A stretch of DNA of 26,185 nt from assembly GCA_034408725.1 (NCBI GenBank), contig JAWXCN010000149.1, positions 1-26,185 on the forward strand. The letters run 5' to 3'. This DNA is from Candidatus Hydrogenedentota bacterium (lineage in GTDB: Bacteria > Hydrogenedentota > Hydrogenedentia > Hydrogenedentales > SLHB01). Position 1 is the first letter of the stretch; the number at the start of each line of letters is the position of its first letter. The notes under the pieces are model-generated. The model searched no databases, had not been told where the DNA came from, and saw nothing but the letters and a program-made list of their open reading frames with translations. Shown one piece after another: positions 1 to 7,725 of this stretch. A program made the translations under genes and the position numbers.

Positions 1-2
1 CC

Positions 3-149
3 CCTTGGGTGCGGGACGCCGAGCGGTCGCTTGCATACAATGATCCTGAAATAGGGATTGAATGGCCGATTCCAGTTACGGTGATTTCGCCCAAGGACGA
101 GGATGCGCCGCGCCTGTCGATGGCGGAGCGCAATTTTACGTTCCAATAG
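3..149 (+). CDS. rmlC: dTDP-4-dehydrorhamnose 3,5-epimerase, C-terminal fragment (5' end outside the window)
   Basis: Frame 3 translated by hand: PWVRDAERSLAYNDPEIGIEWPIPVTVISPKDEDAPRLSMAERNFTFQ*. This matches the RmlC C-terminal pattern 'E..i.wnDP.igI.WP....lS.KD..AP.L'. Nucleotide-sugar genes lie nearby. Confidence 0.85.
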   Translation, partial: PWVRDAERSLAYNDPEIGIEWPIPVTVISPKDEDAPRLSMAERNFTFQ

Positions 150-155
150 CCGCTA

Positions 156-1172
156 TCACTCCCGCAAGAGCACATCGCAGGTCAGTTGCACCTTCTTGAG
201 AATTTTGCGTAACGGACCTTGTTTTCGAGCCTGGGCACGAAGCTTTACAATCAACTTCCGTTGAAGCCGGTAGCGGTCCATCGGCGCGCGTTTGGGCGCG
301 GCGCCGTTTCCCGATCGGCTATCGAAGGGTTGCCAAATCGAATCCGGGGGGTAACCGCAGGTTTCCAAATCTTCGGGCGCGAGTTGCGCGATGACTTCGC
401 GCATAAGTTTTTCCTTGGCTGGGTCCGCGGCGAGGTCTTCAACCCATTTTTTGACTGATGCGGTGGTTGGGCGGGAATGCTGCTGCACGCCGATGGGATC
501 GCCGAGGCCCTTGGTCTCGCGCTCGCCACCGGCGTGATCGCCGTAGTCGATGGATTCTTTTTCAAATGGCACGCCGATATAGGTGTACATCTTTTCCATC
601 CACGTCTCCGGGTCTTTCACGAGGTCCTCGTAGCGCACCTGAAAAAACGGGACGTCTTTCTGGCGCAAAAACGAAGCCATCGCGGGCACGTACCGGTTCA
701 GAATGGGGTTATAGTTCTGAGCTGTCTGGTAGTCCCCGTCGAAAAATGAATTCGCATACGATGCGAACGTAGCCAGGGGATGGCGCGTTAGCAACACGTA
801 TTTTGCGTCTGGAAATACTTTCGCGATGAACGGGAGTATGAGGCCATACGCCGGCGTCTTGTCGAGGCACACCGTTTTGCCGCTGCCCTCCATGAACCGG
901 CCGTATAACACATCGCAATAGGAACGGCACGCGGCCCAGTAATCCTGTTCTTTATTGGGCAGGCTATCGATAAACAGTTTTTGAGATTCGGCGGCGAGCA
1001 CATGGTCGTAAGGCGCTTTATCCACCTTGGCCCACGGCCCAAGGTGGGCAAGAGGCGTCAACAAGTGGGGTTCGGGACCTCCCTTGATCATCGAATGCGA
1101 CTCCAGCATTCGTTCGAGCATGGTGCTGCCCGATCGCGGCGAACTTACGACGAAAAGCATTTGTGGTGACAT
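156..1172 (-). CDS. PAPS-dependent sulfotransferase (Sulfotransfer_3-like)
   Basis: 5'-PSB loop SSPRSGSTML, DKTP, 3'-PB motif RHPLATFAS and VRYEDLV. Start moved from 1202 to ATG 1172, which has GAAGGA 6 nt upstream. Confidence 0.9.
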   Translation of the reverse strand: MSPQMLFVVSSPRSGSTMLERMLESHSMIKGGPEPHLLTPLAHLGPWAKVDKAPYDHVLAAESQKLFIDSLPNKEQDYWAACRSYCDVLYGRFMEGSGKTVCLDKTPAYGLILPFIAKVFPDAKYVLLTRHPLATFASYANSFFDGDYQTAQNYNPILNRYVPAMASFLRQKDVPFFQVRYEDLVKDPETWMEKMYTYIGVPFEKESIDYGDHAGGERETKGLGDPIGVQQHSRPTTASVKKWVEDLAADPAKEKLMREVIAQLAPEDLETCGYPPDSIWQPFDSRSGNGAAPKRAPMDRYRLQRKLIVKLRAQARKQGPLRKILKKVQLTCDVLLRE

Positions 1173-1209
1173 AGCGGTTCCTTCATCAAAAACAATGGAC
1201 AAGGCCTAG

Positions 1210-1238
1210 ACTGTAGTGTCCGTTGCCGCGCCGTTCAA
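1210..1238 (-). promoter_or_regulatory. putative sigma70 promoter for the sulfotransferase
   Basis: Minus strand reads TTGAAC (1238-1233), 17-bp spacer, TACAGT (1215-1210). Confidence 0.5.
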
Positions 1239-1265
1239 GTCTGATTTAATTGGAACTGCCCGTGT

Positions 1266-1295
1266 TTGCCCGTGCTTTTCCGTGCGTGTTAAACT
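1266..1295 (+). promoter_or_regulatory. putative sigma70 promoter (extended -10) for the flippase-sulfatase operon
   Basis: TTGCCC (1266-1271), 18-bp spacer, TGt-TAAACT (-10 at 1290-1295). Confidence 0.45.
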
Positions 1296-1360
1296 GTCAC
1301 GTTGCCCCTTGAACAGTGGCGGCTGGTGTGAGGAATAAAGGGCGGGAAGTATCCATCGGC

Positions 1361-4300
1361 ATGAATCAGAATGTAAAAAAATCACTTTTACTGGCGAAAA
1401 GAGTGCTTCTATTCGCAATAAAGATCAGCTTGGCGGTGGGTATGTTCTCGCTGTTGTTCTACCCCGAATTTTTTGGGTTGGACCCCGAAAAGTTTCAGCG
1501 GGTAAAGCCGGGCGACATGCTCGAGGAAATTCGTCAAGCGGGCGCGCCAAGTCTCGCGTTCTGGCTGATTTTGGCTGTACTGGTGCGGGTCACCGGCATG
1601 CTATGCGGTGTGCTGCGCTGGCGCATACTGCTGCGCGGCCAAGGCCTGCGCATACCGTTCTGGTACATGGTCGGAAGCTGGTTCATCGGCAGAACCTTCG
1701 GAATTTTTCTGCCAGGCACGCTCGGCCTTGATGGCTACCGCCTATACGACTCGTCCATGTACACGGGTGAGGTCATCAAGTGCACCACGGTTATTGCGAT
1801 TGAAAAGTTGATTGGTTTCATCGCGCTGACCTTCCTTGTTTTCGTTACATTTCCGTTTGGCTTCAAACTGTTGAGTTTCAGCCTGCCGATGCTCGCGATT
1901 ACGCTCCTGGTGCTGGGCGGGTTTGTTGCCGTTTCCTTTGTAACGCTGCTCAACCCGCGCGTCATACAAGTCCTTGTGATGGCGTTTCCCACCCCCGGAT
2001 TCATCCGGTCGAAGGTCAACAAATTGGGCGCGTCCATTACGGCGTACAGCGGAAAACGCTCGGACCTTTTGCTGGCGGTGTTTTACGGTTTCATCGTACA
2101 CGCGGCCACCGCGCTGATGTATTTCTGCACGATGATGGCCATTCGAACCGAGCACACAAGTATCTTCGACGTACTATTCGCAAGCCCGCTGGTCATCTAT
2201 TCGACCGTTCTCGCGCCGACCATAGGCGGCCTCGGCGCCCGCGAAATTGTCGGCGTGGCTCTGCTTGGGGGACAGTCAGGCGCGGCGGCCGCGCTCACGT
2301 TCTTCCACCTCGGTTGGTGGGTGGGAGACGTCACGCCGTATCTCATCGGATTGCCAATTCTTGCGTTCCGCTCGCGGCCTCGCGCCGCGGATGTGCAGGC
2401 GAAACTCGCGGAGCTGCGGCAGGGCGCGGGCGATGAACCCGACCTGATGCAGTTGTCCAACAACGAAATCGCCTCATACCGAAATAAGCTCGCCACTTAT
2501 GGCGTGGCCGGCATCGCCGCGGGTCTCATTGCCGGGGCGTTGACCGGGCTGGTGGAAGCGGGATGGTTGGTGAGCCATGCCGCGGGGTTGAAGGAAGCCG
2601 TTGCATTTTGGTGGGGACCGCTGGTGTATGGACTTTGTTTTGCCGGGGTTGGCCTTGGCGTGGCGGGTGCACTCGCCTTTCTTGCGCTATTGAGAGACAG
2701 ATTTGCGGGGGCGAAGCTGGTTTTCGGAATTTGTCTGGGCGCGAGCCTTGCCGTGGCTACCGTTATCATAGGCCGGTTTCGCTACTTCCAGGACGTGCTC
2801 GGCGAGCAGCCTCTCTCTACAACTGAGAACGTAACGCTACTCGCAATTGCAGCGGGATTGTTCGTCGCGGGATTTCTCATTGGATGGATTGCCCTGGCGT
2901 TTGCTCGTGGTTCATTGAAAACGGGAATCGCCGCCGGCGCCGGCGCATATATTGTCCTCGTACTACTGGGTGTTATCTTTTCCGCGACGCGCGTACCGGT
3001 GGCCAAGGCGCTCGATCATGTGCCCGCGCAACAGACCACCGGCCCGAACATTATATTGATTGCGGTCGATACGTTGCGCGCGGACTACCTGAAAATCTAC
3101 GATCCGGCTGCGAAAGCGAATACCCCCACCATTGATGCGTTACGCGCCGATTCGGTGCTGTATCAAAAATGTATCGCGCAGTCTTCGTGGACCAAAGCGT
3201 CGTTCGCAACGATTTTCTCCGGGCAGTATCCAGAGACGCACACGGCCATGATGAAGAGTTCCGTTCTTCCCGATTCCGTGACGACGTTTCCCGAGTTGTT
3301 GCGGGAGAGCGGCTACTACACGCAGGGATTTTGCAACAACCCCAATATCGCCGCGACGTACAACTACGACCAGGGTTTTGTGGATTACACCTATCTCAGC
3401 CCGCGCTATCTCTTTGGCGCGCAGCAGTCCGCCGAAAAAATGACGCTGTATAAAGTGTTGCGGCAGGTATACGCAAAAGTCACGGGTAAACTGCCCCTGC
3501 TCAAAAACCGGATTAACGTCCACGACTTCTACCAGCCCGGAGACGTGGTGACGCAACGTGGATTGGAGTGGTTGGACAGTGCGGCGCGGCCCACGGAATC
3601 ACCGTTCTTCCTGTTCATGCACTACATGGATCCGCACGATCCCTATATGGACCACACGCAACCCGGCGTTGGTTATGCACGTGTACGGTTGGGGTCGAAG
3701 ATTGACCCCGCGACGATGAAAGAGACGTTGCAGAATGCGTACACCGGCGAAATAGAATTCACCGACCAACAACTGGGTACGCTGGTCGCCGGCTTGAAAG
3801 AACGCGGTTTGTACGACAATTCGATCATTGTCTTTACCTCCGACCACGGCGAGGAATTTCACGAGCATGGCGGCTGGTGGCATGGATTGAGTCTGTATGA
3901 CGAACAGATTGCCGTGCCGCTGATGTTCAAACTGCCGCAGAACCTCATGGCTGGGAACACGAGTACCTACCTCGGCCGGCACGTCGATATTGGTCCCACC
4001 GTGCTGCAGTTTGCGCAGACGGATCCCACAAGAATCGCGGAAGCGAAGATGCAGGGTGAGCCGCTGTTTATGTCGACCGGCGCGTCTACATTGATCGACG
4101 CGGCACAGGGCCACGTGTACTCTCATCTGAATTTCGAAGGCTACGAATTGCGTTCAATCCGAACGCCTGAGTACAAGGTTATTCATTCCAATGAGAACGA
4201 TCGCTATAAACCCGTAGAGGTATATAACGTCGCCCAGGACCCTGATGAACAGAATAATCTTGCGGGATCGGGTGATCCCAACGAGCAGGAGTTGGGCGTC

Positions 4301-4414
4301 GCGCTGGAATCCATGAGAAAGTACACCTCGGAAAATGCGCAAAAACCCGAATTCGCGGACGCGGACGCGGCGCTCGAGGAACAGCTTCGCGCAACTGGAT
4401 ACGCCGGCGAATAG
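1361..4414 (+). CDS. fusion protein: UPF0104/lysylphosphatidylglycerol-synthase-TM flippase-like domain + 5-TM bundle + sulfatase-like (alkaline phosphatase superfamily) hydrolase/transferase
   Basis: The N-terminal part has RWRILL...FLPGTLGLDGYR...IEKLIG...PTIGGLGARE, typical of UPF0104. The C-terminal part has PNIILIAVDTLRAD, SSWTKASFATIFSG, HYMDPHDPY, FTSDHGEEF, HGLSLYDEQIAVPL and DPDEQNNLA. ATG 1361 preferred over GTG 1316. Confidence 0.85.
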   Translation: MNQNVKKSLLLAKRVLLFAIKISLAVGMFSLLFYPEFFGLDPEKFQRVKPGDMLEEIRQAGAPSLAFWLILAVLVRVTGMLCGVLRWRILLRGQGLRIPFWYMVGSWFIGRTFGIFLPGTLGLDGYRLYDSSMYTGEVIKCTTVIAIEKLIGFIALTFLVFVTFPFGFKLLSFSLPMLAITLLVLGGFVAVSFVTLLNPRVIQVLVMAFPTPGFIRSKVNKLGASITAYSGKRSDLLLAVFYGFIVHAATALMYFCTMMAIRTEHTSIFDVLFASPLVIYSTVLAPTIGGLGAREIVGVALLGGQSGAAAALTFFHLGWWVGDVTPYLIGLPILAFRSRPRAADVQAKLAELRQGAGDEPDLMQLSNNEIASYRNKLATYGVAGIAAGLIAGALTGLVEAGWLVSHAAGLKEAVAFWWGPLVYGLCFAGVGLGVAGALAFLALLRDRFAGAKLVFGICLGASLAVATVIIGRFRYFQDVLGEQPLSTTENVTLLAIAAGLFVAGFLIGWIALAFARGSLKTGIAAGAGAYIVLVLLGVIFSATRVPVAKALDHVPAQQTTGPNIILIAVDTLRADYLKIYDPAAKANTPTIDALRADSVLYQKCIAQSSWTKASFATIFSGQYPETHTAMMKSSVLPDSVTTFPELLRESGYYTQGFCNNPNIAATYNYDQGFVDYTYLSPRYLFGAQQSAEKMTLYKVLRQVYAKVTGKLPLLKNRINVHDFYQPGDVVTQRGLEWLDSAARPTESPFFLFMHYMDPHDPYMDHTQPGVGYARVRLGSKIDPATMKETLQNAYTGEIEFTDQQLGTLVAGLKERGLYDNSIIVFTSDHGEEFHEHGGWWHGLSLYDEQIAVPLMFKLPQNLMAGNTSTYLGRHVDIGPTVLQFAQTDPTRIAEAKMQGEPLFMSTGASTLIDAAQGHVYSHLNFEGYELRSIRTPEYKVIHSNENDRYKPVEVYNVAQDPDEQNNLAGSGDPNEQELGVALESMRKYTSENAQKPEFADADAALEEQLRATGYAGE

Positions 4415-4439
4415 CGTCCGGCGTTGGAGAGATACGGCT

Positions 4440-5747
4440 TTGAGAATCGCAGTAATCGGAACCGGACACGTCGGGCTTGTCGTTGGCACGGGCCTGGCCG
4501 AGACGGGGCATTTTGTCACGTGCGTTGACTCCAATCGCGATCTGATCAAATCGTTGAACGAAAATGTGCTGCCGTTTTACGAACCCGGACTCGAGGAACT
4601 CATTGCGCGCAACGTCGAGGAAGAACGTCTCAAGTTCACGACGGATATCAATGCCGCGCTCGCGGAAGTGTTGCTGATTTTCATTTGTGTGGGAACGCCC
4701 GCGAGCGATTCCGGCGAAGCGGATACATCCGCGGTATTTTCCGCGCTCCAGAGTATTGGCAAGGCGATGACCGGCTACCGCATCATCGTGAACAAGAGCA
4801 CGTGCCCGGTGGGCACGACAGAGGCGATTCGCTTCACGCTAAAAAGCCTCACTGACCATCCTTTCGACGTAGTGGTCAACCCCGAATTTCTGCGACAGGG
4901 CGCCGCGGTGGACGATTTTATGCGGCCCGACCGGATCATTGTCGGTTGCGATGACGTCCGTGTCGAGGAGATCATGAAAGAGTTGTACGCGCCATTCCTG
5001 CGAACTGGCAAGCCGTTGCTGATGATGAGCATTCGCAGCGCGGAAATGGCGAAGTACGCGGTCAACGCGATGCTCGCAACGCGCATCTCCTTCATGAATG
5101 AATTCGCAAAAATATGCGAGGCGTATGGCGCGGACATCGCCGAGGTCCGGGAAGGACTCGCGGCGGATTCGCGCATTGGCGCATCCTATCTGTTCCCCGG
5201 CATTGGCTTCGGCGGGTCCTGTTTGCCGAAAGATGTGCTTGCCTGCGCGCACCTCGCCGCAAACCGCGGCATTTCGAGTCCGCTACTCGAAGCCGTGAGC
5301 GCGGTGAACGAATCACAGCAACGGGATTTCGTCAAACGCATCCTCGAATACTACGGCGAAGACATTGCGCGCAAGCGTGTGGCCGTGTGGGGAGCCAGCT
5401 TCAAACCCAAGACCGACGATCTGCGCGGCGGCCCTGCTTTGCGGGTCATCGACGCCTTGCTCGATGCGGGCGCGTCCGTCGTTGTTTACGACCCTGTTGC
5501 GGAAGGAACGTTGCGCGAACAGTACGGCGACAAAATATCCATAACGCATAAGAACTATGCCGCGCTTGAGGGCGCGGACGGACTTGTCATTTGCACGGAA
5601 TGGAACGAATTCCGCCGGCCCGACTACGAGCGGATGGCCTCCTTATTGCGAGAGCGCGTCATCTTTGACGGTCGAAATCTGTATACAGCGAAATCTCTTG
5701 CTCAACATGGGTTCCGATACTTCAGTATCGGGCGGCCCGCGGTGTAA
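4440..5747 (+). CDS. ugd: UDP-glucose/GDP-mannose 6-dehydrogenase
   Basis: RIAVIGTGHVG Rossmann motif, CVGTP, KSTCPVGT, NPEFLRQG, catalytic GFGGSCLPKD and FKPKTDDLR. Likely start is TTG 4440, after GGAGAG at 4426-4431. Confidence 0.92.
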   Translation: MRIAVIGTGHVGLVVGTGLAETGHFVTCVDSNRDLIKSLNENVLPFYEPGLEELIARNVEEERLKFTTDINAALAEVLLIFICVGTPASDSGEADTSAVFSALQSIGKAMTGYRIIVNKSTCPVGTTEAIRFTLKSLTDHPFDVVVNPEFLRQGAAVDDFMRPDRIIVGCDDVRVEEIMKELYAPFLRTGKPLLMMSIRSAEMAKYAVNAMLATRISFMNEFAKICEAYGADIAEVREGLAADSRIGASYLFPGIGFGGSCLPKDVLACAHLAANRGISSPLLEAVSAVNESQQRDFVKRILEYYGEDIARKRVAVWGASFKPKTDDLRGGPALRVIDALLDAGASVVVYDPVAEGTLREQYGDKISITHKNYAALEGADGLVICTEWNEFRRPDYERMASLLRERVIFDGRNLYTAKSLAQHGFRYFSIGRPAV

Positions 5748-5752
5748 CGCAC

Positions 5753-6682
5753 ATGCCGCGCGTAGCACTCATCACGGGGGCGCAAGGGTTTGTTGGACGT
5801 GTGCTTTCAGCGCGGCTGAAAGAGGACGGCTGGCTCGTCCGCGAGTCAGTCATGCCGGGGCAGCCGGAAGGGCCAGGCAGCTTCGCGTGTGACATTACTG
5901 ATCTCGCCCAGGTGCGAAAACTTGTCGGCAACTCTGACGGACTCACGCATGTGTTTCATCTTGCCGCAGTGACATTCGTGCCTGCGTCGTCGGCCGATCC
6001 GGGCGGTACGTTTGAGGTAAACGTGAACGGAACGATAAACCTCGTGGAATGCACCCGCGCCTTGCAGCCCAAAGCGCGGTTTCTGTTTATTGGCAGTGCG
6101 GCGGTGTATGGCACGCCCCGCATCACGCCCGTCTTGGAGACCCATCGGTTTGCGCCCCGCGAACCCTATGCCATCTCGAAGGCCGCGGCGGACTGCTATT
6201 GCGACTATGCCGCTCGCGCATACCCGATTGAGATTTTGCGGATGCGGCCATTTAACCATTCCGGCGCGGGTCAATCCGATCAATTTGTTCTCTCGAATTT
6301 CGCGCGGCAAATCGCGCGCATCGAACGTGGGGCGCAACCACCCGTGCTCAAGGTTGGTAACATCGACGCTGGGCGGGATTTTCTCCACGTCGAAGACGTG
6401 GTACGCGCGTACGCGGAGGCCGCGCTTCGCGGAAAAGCCGGCGAAGCGTATAACGTGTGTTCAGGAAAAGCGATCACCATTCGCGCCGCGTTGGACGCTT
6501 TGCTTGCCAAGTCTCCCGCGAAAATCGAGGTGGTGCGGGAATCGACCCGCTTGCGATCGTCCGAAGTATCAACGATCTCCGGTTCTTACGAAAAGCTCCA
6601 GGCTGATACCGGGTGGAAACCCACGCTATTGTTCGAGCGCGTGCTCGACGACCTGCTCGCGTATTGGCGGGGTCAACCGTAA
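5753..6682 (+). CDS. extended SDR, GDP-4-dehydro-6-deoxy-D-mannose reductase (Rmd)/GDP-mannose dehydratase-like
   Basis: ITGAQGFVG, HLAA, catalytic YAISK, RPFNHSGAGQ and VGNIDAGRDFLHVEDVVRAY. Confidence 0.8.
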   Translation: MPRVALITGAQGFVGRVLSARLKEDGWLVRESVMPGQPEGPGSFACDITDLAQVRKLVGNSDGLTHVFHLAAVTFVPASSADPGGTFEVNVNGTINLVECTRALQPKARFLFIGSAAVYGTPRITPVLETHRFAPREPYAISKAAADCYCDYAARAYPIEILRMRPFNHSGAGQSDQFVLSNFARQIARIERGAQPPVLKVGNIDAGRDFLHVEDVVRAYAEAALRGKAGEAYNVCSGKAITIRAALDALLAKSPAKIEVVRESTRLRSSEVSTISGSYEKLQADTGWKPTLLFERVLDDLLAYWRGQP

Positions 6683-7671
6683 TGCCGTCGCCGCTTCCGC
6701 CCGAACCCGCGGGCGGTGCCGCAGGCCCGCCCCCTCCCTCTTCCAAATCCCGCGTGACCTGGCGTATTGCGCTGCGGAACACCGCGATCATATCGCTGAT
6801 CACAATCATACTGGTGGAGATTATTCTCCGCGCGCTCGGTGTTGCGAACCCGGTGTTGTACGAACGCGACGTAAACACAGGATATCGCCTTAAACCCAAT
6901 CAGCACGTCACGTATTTCGGCAACACGATTCACATCAACGAACACGGTGTGCGAGACGCGCGAACGCTTGAACGGCCTGACCCATTCCGCAAGCGGGTTC
7001 TGGTCCTAGGCGATTCCGTGACTTGGGGTGGCGTTCTTCTGCCGCAGGATGCCTTGTTCACGTCTGTCGCCGAATCGCATTTGGAATATACGGATATTAT
7101 TAACGCGGGTGTGAACGGATATTCCGTGAACCAAATGGCCAAACTTTACCGGACACACCTAGAAAGCCTTCGCCCGGACATCGTCATCGTATGCGTTATT
7201 CCGCGCGACTTCGAGCGTCCTCCCATCACGCGCCTCAGTGGCAAGGGGGTAGCGTTTCCCGAAACGCGCCCGGCGTTGGCGTTGCTTCATGCAATGGCCA
7301 TTTGCCGACAGGTGTTGCAGGACCGGTATCATTGGAAATGGCTATCGGTCTCGCCGGCAACTGCCGTTGAGGCGCAATCGGAGTTTACATATGAGGACGT
7401 AAATGTCCGGTCAATTTCGGAGTTACGTAAGGAAATACACTGCCCGTTACTCTTGGTTTTCCTTCCGTCGCAGGACACCGAATCCGAGCGGAAGGTTCGA
7501 CAAACTCAAATCGCGGAACTTCCACGCATTGGAGTTTCCGCGATAGACATTGGTGGACAGTTAGAAACTTCACCCCGCGACTTTATAGATCGGGTCCATC
7601 TATCGGCGGATGGGCACAAAAAAATTGGAACGGCACTTGCCGCCGTGATACAGGATTTCGCGGGTGAATGA
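6682..7671 (+). CDS. membrane-anchored SGNH/GDSL family esterase or acyltransferase
   Basis: N-terminal TM ending in VEIILR, block I LGDSVTWG, block II NAGVNGYS and block V DRVH. ATG 6682 overlaps the upstream stop (TAATG coupling). Confidence 0.8.
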   Translation: MPSPLPPEPAGGAAGPPPPSSKSRVTWRIALRNTAIISLITIILVEIILRALGVANPVLYERDVNTGYRLKPNQHVTYFGNTIHINEHGVRDARTLERPDPFRKRVLVLGDSVTWGGVLLPQDALFTSVAESHLEYTDIINAGVNGYSVNQMAKLYRTHLESLRPDIVIVCVIPRDFERPPITRLSGKGVAFPETRPALALLHAMAICRQVLQDRYHWKWLSVSPATAVEAQSEFTYEDVNVRSISELRKEIHCPLLLVFLPSQDTESERKVRQTQIAELPRIGVSAIDIGGQLETSPRDFIDRVHLSADGHKKIGTALAAVIQDFAGE

Positions 7672-7725
7672 GTAGGACTGGCTAACGGAACCGATGACGC
7701 AACCGATTCAAAGCTTCTCGCAAGG

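Noticed and set aside
4335-4439. Apparent N-terminal extensions or overlaps of ugd (also ORF-track starts at 6613, 21836, 23431 and 23986)
   Set aside because: Downstream starts with an RBS or stop-start coupling (4440, 6682, 21932, 23380, 24031) match family N-termini and remove the overlaps.
6090-6893. 267-aa plus-strand ORF and the many other short overlapping ORFs in the track
   Set aside because: Off-frame or antisense to recognised genes and rich in Arg/Pro/Ser, as expected by chance in GC-rich DNA.
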